The translations under genes and the position numbers were made by a program. The notes beneath the pieces are model-generated. The model was given only the letters and a program-made list of their open reading frames with translations, was not told the DNA's origin and searched no databases. DNA of 64,000 nucleotides from Bdellovibrio sp. Lineage in GTDB: Bacteria; Bdellovibrionota; Bdellovibrionia; Bdellovibrionales; Bdellovibrionaceae. Shown in pieces: positions 30,319 through 38,462 of the stretch. The stretch covers positions 352,001-416,000 of the forward strand of contig JAKFBS010000002.1 of NCBI GenBank assembly GCA_036677065.1, written 5' to 3'. The first letter of the stretch is position 1, and each line of letters opens with the position of its first letter.

Positions 30319-30605
30319 TGAAAATCCATTTCTAACGCTAAAATTTGGTAATTAACTTCGGGTTTAACGCGGTTACGCCCGTCTGATTTGGTCTTCTTCA
30401 AGGTAACCAAACCCTTTTGCGCAAGAAAGCCGACCTCTTTTTGGATGTAAGGCTGCGACTTTTTCAGGGTGTTTGCGAGCTCATAAACCGACTCTGGCTT
30501 TAAGCTTTTAATTTGCCAAAGTAGCTCTAGGCGCTGCTTTGAAAGCCCTGCGAACAAATCGATGAAATCCTGCATTTTCTTGACCTTAATCAACATTTTT
30601 TTCAT
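30315..30605 (-). CDS. small winged-HTH protein (HVO_A0114-like)
   Basis: RLELL..I....PESVYELA..L.K...YI...V..L...GLV; ATGA overlap with the recombinase gene. Confidence 0.7.
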   Translation of the reverse strand: MKKMLIKVKKMQDFIDLFAGLSKQRLELLWQIKSLKPESVYELANTLKKSQPYIQKEVGFLAQKGLVTLKKTKSDGRNRVKPEVNYQILALEMDFQ

Positions 30606-30642
30606 ATACTTAATTTTGTCATATATTACTTAAAAAGCAATA

Positions 30643-30670
30643 GGTTAACAAAACTAAACTTATGTTAATC
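30643..30670 (+). other. symmetric dif-like tyrosine-recombinase site
   Basis: GGTTAACAAAA-CTAAAC-TTATGTTAATC: 11-6-11, arms 9/11 inverted-identical, upstream of the recombinase operon. Confidence 0.6.
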
Positions 30671-30735
30671 TCTAATTTTTTGAATTTGGTTTTTAAGGCT
30701 TGATTTTAAAGTGGAAGTTTTGGAAGATTAGACCC

Positions 30736-31215
30736 ATGAGAAATAACATCACTGACTTTACTTATCCGATCATCTTCAAGCACATTCATGGTTTTTTAAC
30801 GGTTTCAGTTCCAGACTTGGGAATCGATGCCAAGGTTGCTGTTCCGAATGATTTTTTCCAGACGAAAAAACTAGAGGAAAACAAAGAGATTATTTGGCAG
30901 ATTTTTTCACAAGTTATGAAAGACTCGGTGTCACATCTTGAAACTAAAAAGTGGATACCTAACGCATCGCAAATCAAAACCCAGCTTAAAACCGCAGAAA
31001 AAGACTACAGCCTTCCCGAGTTTTGCCGTGCCGTTCAAAAACATATAACAGTCAGCGAAAACACTTTGCGCCGAGAGATCTCAAAAGGAAAGATTATTTG
31101 CTATACTACTGAAGGCGGACACAGAAGAATTCCAGAATCAGAACTGCAACGCTATATTAAAAGTTCGCTAAAAACTGTGGGCTCAAATCCCCCGGAACAG
31201 GACGGTAACTTATGA
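30736..31215 (+). CDS. HicB-like N-terminal domain fused to excisionase/MerR-type HTH
   Basis: YPIIF....GFLTVSVPDL (HicB-like); VSENTLRR...GKI..Y.TEGGHRRI (Xis/BldC-like). Confidence 0.6.
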   Translation: MRNNITDFTYPIIFKHIHGFLTVSVPDLGIDAKVAVPNDFFQTKKLEENKEIIWQIFSQVMKDSVSHLETKKWIPNASQIKTQLKTAEKDYSLPEFCRAVQKHITVSENTLRREISKGKIICYTTEGGHRRIPESELQRYIKSSLKTVGSNPPEQDGNL

Positions 31216-31760
31216 AAAATATCCTTATAACATTTTTATCCATTCAATTGATCGGCATGGCAGCTTTGGCAGAAACCGCTTACTTAGGTGGCGGCTGTTT
31301 CTGGGGCGTTCAGGATTTACTGCGCAAGCAGCCTGGGGTTACAGCCACAGAAGTTGGCTACATGGGTGGCGAAGAAGCAAAAGCCAACTATGAATTAGTT
31401 AAAACCGGAAAAACTGAATTCGCCGAAACGGTGAAGATCGATTTTGATCCGAAGAAAACATCTTATGAAAAGCTACTTTTATATTTCTTTAAGATTCATG
31501 ATCCGACAACAATGAACCAGCAAGGCAATGATAAAGGCCGCCAATATCGAAGCGTGATTTTCTATACGACCGACAAACAACGAACAACCGCTCAGGATAT
31601 GATTGCGAAAATTAATAAATCCAAAGCGTGGAAAAAACCGATTGTTACCGAAGTTGTACCAAGCTCGCGCTGGATTAAAGCTGAAGATTATCATCAGGAT
31701 TATTTAGTGAAAAATCCGGCAGGATATACCTGCCATTTTGAAAGAAAAATTGAGTTTTAA
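31212..31760 (+). CDS. msrA: peptide methionine sulfoxide reductase A with signal peptide
   Basis: GGCFWG, HDPT..N.QGND.G.QYRS.IF, AE.YHQDY. Confidence 0.95.
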   Translation: MKNILITFLSIQLIGMAALAETAYLGGGCFWGVQDLLRKQPGVTATEVGYMGGEEAKANYELVKTGKTEFAETVKIDFDPKKTSYEKLLLYFFKIHDPTTMNQQGNDKGRQYRSVIFYTTDKQRTTAQDMIAKINKSKAWKKPIVTEVVPSSRWIKAEDYHQDYLVKNPAGYTCHFERKIEF

Positions 31761-31772
31761 GATTCAAGAAAT

Positions 31773-31810
31773 AAAAAAGCGAGCTTGCGACTCGCTTCGT
31801 TTTGTTTTGT
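31773..31810. terminator. bidirectional intrinsic terminator
   Basis: aagcgag-cttgcga-ctcgctt hairpin with A-run before and T-run after, between convergent genes. Confidence 0.7.
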
Positions 31811-31830
31811 TTTTATTATTTAATTAAAAA

Positions 31831-33183
31831 TTAATTTGCATCAGCTCTAGGAAAAAAATCACTCCTGAATGATGAATTCGACATATCATATGTACCGTTT
31901 AAAGGTTCATCCATAATCAAATCGTCGATATCTCTAACATTATTACAGTCTTCTCCAGGAATACCAGGACAAAAAGCCGGCGCCGTACGATCCTCATCCG
32001 CGCCCATCGTGCCGGAAACTCCTGTTGCCATGTAACTTTGAAGATTTGCTACAGTATTCCACTCTTGAACCATCACTTGTATTCTATAATTTGTCTCAAA
32101 AGACTCATCTAGGCACTCAAATGAGTAAAATGGATTAGCTCTTCTAATTTTTGTACCTGAACGATCACTAATTGGAGTAGTAAAATAAGGCTCAGTCGAA
32201 GTTGTACCTGATTGTGGTCCGTAGCCTGTATGCGTATGAAGTCCATTTCTGGTAAAATAATTGGCCACAGCTATGTTGTCATGAGCACCAGCAGTAGCTT
32301 CAGATGTCGATATCACTTTGTAAATTTTTGTTCTTGGTGTATTCGGCAATACTCTTTCAATTGCCCCAGAAGGTATGCCTCCAGAAATTAAATCCCAACT
32401 ATGCTTACCAGGACCGCCGGTACAGTTACCTAGGCTACCACCCCAGCTTTTTCCACTCTCATCAGTTGGAACAGTTATACCACTTGAATCTGTTATATTG
32501 GTTCGTAAACGATATTTACCCGCACAACAATTTTTTCCACCCTCTTCGTCCGAAGTATCATAATTACATTTAACGGTAACTTCGTCAGACGTGGAAAAAG
32601 TTACGTCTGCCCCTGAAGTCGGAGGCGTTGCCGTAGTACAAGTGTATGGCGCACTCCCATCAACTATACATGTAGCAGTAGTAACTACTCCACTGGCATT
32701 TTTCGCAGCAGTAATTTGAATATCTTGAGGGCCATAACCTACTTCATGGTTATAGTACCAATAAGGCTCCGTCCTAATATACTTACAAGCATTTGCCGGA
32801 ACATTAAATTGAAATTTCATTCCTGTATAGAAAAGATCTAGCTCTCCTACTTCAAAATTACACACTAAATCATTCACAACTGAAGCTGAAGTAAAGCTAC
32901 ATTTTGTTGAATATAGTGACTCTAAACTTGTTAAACTTTGAAATGCAATACTATCAGGAATCGTTACAAACAATTGAGAAGCATCATAGCCAGCTGGAAT
33001 CGTTGCACTTGCTTCTTCTTCTTCCTCTGTAGGCTCTGAAGCTGTTGGTGTTGGTTCAACAGTAGTTGTACCGGAAGTTGTCGTACTAGCTAGCGTACTT
33101 TGATTTCCTCCGCAGGAAGTAAAAAATAATCCTGCGAAACTTAATAAGACAATTGCTTGTACAACTTTTAAAGATCCATTCAT
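31831..33183 (-). CDS. Cys-rich hypothetical lipoprotein
   Basis: GGAGG RBS before MNGS at 33183; FTSC lipobox; Thr/Glu linker; multiple Cys. Confidence 0.75.
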   Translation of the reverse strand: MNGSLKVVQAIVLLSFAGLFFTSCGGNQSTLASTTTSGTTTVEPTPTASEPTEEEEEASATIPAGYDASQLFVTIPDSIAFQSLTSLESLYSTKCSFTSASVVNDLVCNFEVGELDLFYTGMKFQFNVPANACKYIRTEPYWYYNHEVGYGPQDIQITAAKNASGVVTTATCIVDGSAPYTCTTATPPTSGADVTFSTSDEVTVKCNYDTSDEEGGKNCCAGKYRLRTNITDSSGITVPTDESGKSWGGSLGNCTGGPGKHSWDLISGGIPSGAIERVLPNTPRTKIYKVISTSEATAGAHDNIAVANYFTRNGLHTHTGYGPQSGTTSTEPYFTTPISDRSGTKIRRANPFYSFECLDESFETNYRIQVMVQEWNTVANLQSYMATGVSGTMGADEDRTAPAFCPGIPGEDCNNVRDIDDLIMDEPLNGTYDMSNSSFRSDFFPRADAN

Positions 33184-33294
33184 AGATCCTCCAACCATTT
33201 TTTGATTACGGACAAGTTCATGCGGTTTATGCATACCCTATTATCGTAACAATAATGATCAGAGGCGTCCCCTAGACTTGCCTCAATCTAGACA

Positions 33295-36192
33295 TTAGTC
33301 TTTCAGAGCCGGAGTGATGTCAAAAGCTTCGTTTTTACCATTACGCAAGACTAAGATCTTGGTCTTCACATCAGGCTTAACCGACTGTAGCGTGTAGACA
33401 TAATCGTAGATATTTTCGATCTTAGTTTGATCAAAACCAGTGATCACATCACCCGAAACCAGGCCTGCTTTTTCAGCCGGAGAGTTTTTCGCAACGCCGG
33501 TGATACGAACGCCCTTAACGCCTTCTTGTGTGTAATCAGGAATTGTTCCTAAGAAAATTCTAAAACTTCGGCCTTCTAATTGTTTGCCAGAATTACTTTC
33601 GACTTTTTCGTATTTCAGAATGTCTTTATCAGTCTTTACGATGGCATCACCGAAATACTGAACCACAGTAATTGTATCTTTTAGCCCTGAGTAATTTAGA
33701 GTTTCTGGCTTATCAAGTGGTGTATGGTATTCATTATGCGCACCTGTGAAAAATGAAATCGAGGGCACACCGACTAAATAAATCGACATAGAATCTGTTG
33801 GTAAATACGGGTCAGAAGTTAAGTTTAAGGCAACGCCCGTTTTAATCGACGAAGCTTCAGCCAGAGCGCGAAAACCTTCAGCCGAGCCAACGCCTTGAAT
33901 ATTTAAATTATCGCGTAAGCGACCAATCATATCCATATTAAGACCTGCAGCAAAAACATCACTCATTTTTTTATACTGCTTCACGAAGTGGTGCGAACCT
34001 AGAACGCCGATTTCTTCGCCAGACCAAACCGCGAAATATACCGGACGTTTAAGTTCTTTTTTCTGAGTTGAATAATAATGAGCTAATTCTAAAACACCGG
34101 CCACACCTGATGCATTATCATCAGCGCCGTAATGGATTTTGTCTTTGTGTTTACTAGTTGCTAATGAAGAACCCGGAAGACCTAAACCTAAATGATCACC
34201 GTGAGCACCCACTAAAATCGCTTTTGTTTTATTAGCTGTCGCAGGCTCAAGACGAGCAACCACGTTGCGGCCAGTTGATTTATTCGTTAATAAATCAATA
34301 GTTGCCGAAAAATATTGAGAAGTTAGATTAAAGCCAACAACCGAATCATAGCTATCGTATTTTGTTTTTACTTGATCATAACTAGTTAAGTCTTTGTTAT
34401 CTGATGTATTTTTTAAAAGTTTTTCGAAAACGGCTGTCGTAATTTTAACAATCGGAAGTTGCGAATCAGATAAGCTTCCGGCAAATTTTAAATCGCTGAT
34501 CTTATTTTTATCTTTTGTTTCTTCAACTAAAATTACACCAAACGCACCTGCATTTTTGGCCACTGTAATCTTATGTTGCATCCGCGAGAACGATAACAAG
34601 TACGTGTGTTTAGAGAATTCTTTTTTAGCAGGCTTTGGCGCTTCATCTAAAATAACAACCCATTTACCTTTAACATCTAAGTCTTTGTAGGAATCAAATC
34701 CTGAAAATTCGCTATGCGCCGGGGCTTTAATACCAAACCCTGCAAACACAACCGGGGCCGCATTAAATGCGCCATTTTTAGAATATGAAATTAACTGATA
34801 GTCTTCGTTTAATTTTAAACTTTGTTCGAAACGCCCCTTAAATTCGGCTTTATTTTTCTGACCAGCTGTTACTCCAGAAATAAACTCGAAAGTCTGGATA
34901 AAGTTTTTGCCATCGGCTGGAACTAATCCCCATGATTTAAATAAATCGGCGATTTTTTGTGTATATACTTTTTCTTCTTCAGATCCAGTAAAACGCCCTT
35001 TAAATTCTTCGCTCGCCAAATAAGAAACGATCGCTTTCGTGTCTTGTTCGCGAATTTCAGGCTTAAGATCAGATAACGTATCTACAGGCTTAGGTTTTGC
35101 CTCTGGCAGGTCCAATAGCTTTCTAGCCTTAACATCATCCCAATCAGCGATATAGATCTGGCTTTCGCCTTTTTCATTTTTATGTGACCACGTGATCTTT
35201 TTAGCATCTGGCGAAAAAGTCGCAAGACCATCAAAACCTTCAGCAAAAGTTACGCGCTTGGGTTCTTTTAAGCCTTCGGCATCGACAATAAATAATTCAA
35301 AATTAGAATATCCGCCCACTGTCGTATTAAAAATAATATAATCGCCGCTTGGGTGAAAAAACGGAGCCCAAGACATTGAATTTAGACGTGTAATTTGTTT
35401 TTGGTTTTTACCATCAACATCCATGGTGAAAATTTCTGCCGAAGCCCCCGATTCAGAAAACCGGCGCCAAGTGATTTTTTTTCCGTCGGCAGAAAAGAAA
35501 GGTCCTCCATCATAACCAGAACTTGTCGTTAAACGTTTCACATCACTGCCATCGGCTTTCATGATGTAGATTTCCATAAAATAAGACGGGTCTTGTTTAA
35601 ATTTTTTATCTTCTTCTGCAGTTAGTTTGTGATCATAAGCGATACGATTCGACGCAAACGCGATGTACTGACCATCCGGAGAATAAGAACCTTCAGCATC
35701 ATAACCTAATTCTTTAGTTAAACGCTTAAGGTTTTTACCCTCAAGGTTAGATTCAAAGATATCAAAGTGTTCATCAAAGCTCCATGAATAGCGACCCTTA
35801 ACAGGGTTTGCACGCAGTGCTAATTCTTCTTTAACTTTTGCAGGAATTTTTTTATCTAGGTGAGTTGATGACCACATCACTTTTTGCATATTCGGATGAA
35901 CCCAACCACAAGTGGTTTTACCTTGGCCCGGAGAAAGCCTTTGCACACTTCCCGATTCAAGATCCATGATAAACATTTGGTAAAAAGGGTTATTCGGTTC
36001 ACGCTCTGATTGAAACACCATTTTTTTACCATCAGCGCTAAAGTAGCCCTCGCCAGATTTTGGCCCAACGAAAGTAATCTGTTTGGCGTTTTGAATCAGC
36101 TTTGGATCTTCACTCAATGCATCTGCGCCTAAATAAATAACCGCAGCTATTGGTAAAATTGAAATTCTAATTAAACTTTTTAAATTCTTCAT
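33295..36192 (-). CDS. M28 family peptidase with TolB-like (PD40) propeller, PA and PDZ domains
   Basis: Repeated FS.DG.K blades; GAH.DH, GADDNASG, GEEIG, NMDMIG, YH; C-terminal GTIPD...SPAEKAG. Confidence 0.9.
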   Translation of the reverse strand: MKNLKSLIRISILPIAAVIYLGADALSEDPKLIQNAKQITFVGPKSGEGYFSADGKKMVFQSEREPNNPFYQMFIMDLESGSVQRLSPGQGKTTCGWVHPNMQKVMWSSTHLDKKIPAKVKEELALRANPVKGRYSWSFDEHFDIFESNLEGKNLKRLTKELGYDAEGSYSPDGQYIAFASNRIAYDHKLTAEEDKKFKQDPSYFMEIYIMKADGSDVKRLTTSSGYDGGPFFSADGKKITWRRFSESGASAEIFTMDVDGKNQKQITRLNSMSWAPFFHPSGDYIIFNTTVGGYSNFELFIVDAEGLKEPKRVTFAEGFDGLATFSPDAKKITWSHKNEKGESQIYIADWDDVKARKLLDLPEAKPKPVDTLSDLKPEIREQDTKAIVSYLASEEFKGRFTGSEEEKVYTQKIADLFKSWGLVPADGKNFIQTFEFISGVTAGQKNKAEFKGRFEQSLKLNEDYQLISYSKNGAFNAAPVVFAGFGIKAPAHSEFSGFDSYKDLDVKGKWVVILDEAPKPAKKEFSKHTYLLSFSRMQHKITVAKNAGAFGVILVEETKDKNKISDLKFAGSLSDSQLPIVKITTAVFEKLLKNTSDNKDLTSYDQVKTKYDSYDSVVGFNLTSQYFSATIDLLTNKSTGRNVVARLEPATANKTKAILVGAHGDHLGLGLPGSSLATSKHKDKIHYGADDNASGVAGVLELAHYYSTQKKELKRPVYFAVWSGEEIGVLGSHHFVKQYKKMSDVFAAGLNMDMIGRLRDNLNIQGVGSAEGFRALAEASSIKTGVALNLTSDPYLPTDSMSIYLVGVPSISFFTGAHNEYHTPLDKPETLNYSGLKDTITVVQYFGDAIVKTDKDILKYEKVESNSGKQLEGRSFRIFLGTIPDYTQEGVKGVRITGVAKNSPAEKAGLVSGDVITGFDQTKIENIYDYVYTLQSVKPDVKTKILVLRNGKNEAFDITPALKD

Positions 36193-36237
36193 ATAAACTG
36201 TAATCCTTAAGGTATATAAAAACTTAAAAGGAATTTT

Positions 36238-36783
36238 ATGAATTGGGTATTACTTTGTGTCTCTTTATTTGTTTTCAGCTGCCAAAATCAGCCTCTGGCT
36301 ACCGACAAGAAACCTGCTTCAATTAAAAGCTATGTGTCTTTAGATCTGGAATACCCAGAATATCAACAAACTCTCAATAAGCTTGATGCATTTTTAAGCA
36401 CTAAGCTTGTTAACCGCGCCGAAGCCCATATTACCGTGATCACGCCCCCTGAATTTACAAAAATAACTGCCAAAACCTCAGCTGAAACCATTCACCAAGA
36501 ATGGGAGGCCTGGAAAACCAAAACTTTTAAAAAAGTGTGTTTAGGCGAAGGCAGTTTAAAAGAAAAAAACAAAGTCTTAAAAACTTACTACGTGGTTGTT
36601 GAAGCCCCTGAGTTATTAGCTTTTCGCGAATATCTAAAAAACAAATACGCGGTCGAAGATTTTAAGGCCAATGTTTTTTACCCACATATTACACTTGGGT
36701 TTACCGAAAAAGATATGCACTTTGAACAAGGTGTAATTAAAGACCTGAAATCTTGTCCTAAGAAATTACAGCACCTTTTATAA
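36238..36783 (+). CDS. 2H phosphoesterase-family lipoprotein
   Basis: Two HxT motifs (AHITVI, PHITLGF); VFSC lipobox. Confidence 0.75.
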   Translation: MNWVLLCVSLFVFSCQNQPLATDKKPASIKSYVSLDLEYPEYQQTLNKLDAFLSTKLVNRAEAHITVITPPEFTKITAKTSAETIHQEWEAWKTKTFKKVCLGEGSLKEKNKVLKTYYVVVEAPELLAFREYLKNKYAVEDFKANVFYPHITLGFTEKDMHFEQGVIKDLKSCPKKLQHLL

Positions 36784-37895
36784 TGAAAGTCTGTGATTTA
36801 GCTTCAACATGTCCGGGATGTTCATTATGGCGAGTAGCTTACCATGAACAATTGACGCAAAAAACCAAGCGTCTGCAAGATTTATTTCTTGGACATCTAA
36901 ACCCACAACAAATCAGAACTCATTCTGCAGGCGAACACTCAATGCGTGAGCGTTTTGATTTTATCATCAAGGATAAAAAAGTTGGGCTTATCGACAAGGA
37001 TAGAAACTTTATCCCCATTAGCGAATGTTTACAACTTACACCCAAATTACAGCAAGCTTTAGATTTACTATCACAAGCTGACTTTAATATTCGCATCGGC
37101 ACGATTAGGCTGCGTGCCTCAAGCCGCGGCCAGGTGCAAAAATTCGGACTGTGGCTTGATTTTGCCAACAACGATATTAAAAATCTATTAGTTGAAAAAA
37201 CTATTTTAAAAAAACTATCTGAAAACTTTTTTATCGAAGTTGGTCAAAAAAAGAAATGTTTAGATGAATCGACATTCGACAAAGAACAAATCAAATTAGC
37301 TGATCCCAAAATGCAGCCTTGGTTTCACACTTATAATTATAAAACTAAAACTCCCCTTGATCTGAACTGCGCGGTCAGCAGTTTTACCCAACCATCAGCT
37401 GTCACTGCAAAACTGATGACTGATATCATCGCAGGCTGGATGCAAATACCTAAGCAAAACGTTTGGGAATTCGGCTGTGGCATCGGCCAATACACTTTTT
37501 CATTATTAAGCTTAGAACACAAGGTGAGTGTTTTTGAAAACGATGAATTCGCCTTACAGTGCGTAAAACAAACTGCGATACATAATCATTTACTAGAAAA
37601 TTTAACAATTCACAGTGGCGACTTTCAAAAACCTCAAAATTTAAAAATTACCGAAAAACCTGATGTGGTCTTGGTTAATCCACCAAAATCCGGACTAAAA
37701 AGTTTTACCCAAAACGTGATCGCTGCGAATCCTAAAAAAATTATTTATGTTTCTTGTTATCCAGAATCACTTCGCGCTGACAGCGAAATATTTTTACAGG
37801 CAAACTATAAAATCAGCAACGCACATATCGTTGATCAATTTCCGCAGACAAATCATTTTGAAGTTGTGATGTTATTTGAGAGAATAGATATTTAA
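36783..37895 (+). CDS. RlmD/RlmC/TrmA-family RNA (uracil-5)-methyltransferase
   Basis: C.....CPGC Fe-S motif, FGCGIG, NPPKSG, YVSC.P, DQFPQT.HFE. Confidence 0.85.
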   Translation: MKVCDLASTCPGCSLWRVAYHEQLTQKTKRLQDLFLGHLNPQQIRTHSAGEHSMRERFDFIIKDKKVGLIDKDRNFIPISECLQLTPKLQQALDLLSQADFNIRIGTIRLRASSRGQVQKFGLWLDFANNDIKNLLVEKTILKKLSENFFIEVGQKKKCLDESTFDKEQIKLADPKMQPWFHTYNYKTKTPLDLNCAVSSFTQPSAVTAKLMTDIIAGWMQIPKQNVWEFGCGIGQYTFSLLSLEHKVSVFENDEFALQCVKQTAIHNHLLENLTIHSGDFQKPQNLKITEKPDVVLVNPPKSGLKSFTQNVIAANPKKIIYVSCYPESLRADSEIFLQANYKISNAHIVDQFPQTNHFEVVMLFERIDI

Positions 37896-38462
37896 GCCAG
37901 TCAGGCGGCCTGCGATATCTTTTTTTACTAATAAAGACAGTAGTGGCAAAGTAATAATGCCCGTCAATAAAGTCATCGTCGTGCGAATAACCACACGGGC
38001 TAAATAAGATCTTTTTACGCGTTCGTGGGGTTGGCCTAGGCGCAAAGCACAGGTGTGCTCACCGAGCGAAGCTCCGGTCAAAGTGCGGCTTGCGATAAAA
38101 TACATCCACCCGCAGAAAGTAAAAAAAACTAAAAATGTCATCAAGGCATTTTCATGCGACAACGTAAAACCTAAAGTTTGTCTTAAACCAAGTTTAATCA
38201 TCACCGATAAACACAGCAGAAAAAAACAACTCATCGCCGCGATCACTAACGTGTCGATCGTTGCGGCTAACCACATCCAAATTGATAAGCGAAAGCCCGT
38301 TCGCTTTTGCGGGCCACCTAAAAAACCAAGATCGAAATCAACCACACTGTAGTCACGACGAAAAAGTGGAGACTTTATTAAATCTCCACTTGTGCCAGAG
38401 TCTTTTTTAGGAACTCTGGTTTTTTCTATTTCGTTATGCGATTGATCTTTTTCAATGATCAT
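37872..38462 (-). CDS. RDD family membrane protein
   Basis: ATID, TM helices, GASLG....LR; probable ATG at 38462 overlapping the upstream TAA. Confidence 0.65.
   Translation of the reverse strand: MIIEKDQSHNEIEKTRVPKKDSGTSGDLIKSPLFRRDYSVVDFDLGFLGGPQKRTGFRLSIWMWLAATIDTLVIAAMSCFFLLCLSVMIKLGLRQTLGFTLSHENALMTFLVFFTFCGWMYFIASRTLTGASLGEHTCALRLGQPHERVKRSYLARVVIRTTMTLLTGIITLPLLSLLVKKDIAGRLTGLNIYSLK

Noticed and set aside
29383..31215. Prophage
   Set aside because: No structural, replication or lysis genes nearby; only a recombinase and small DNA-binding proteins
33279..33294. TGCCTCA-AT-CTAGACA as another copy of the palindrome
   Set aside because: Spacing is one base short and no sigma54-like promoter was found next to it
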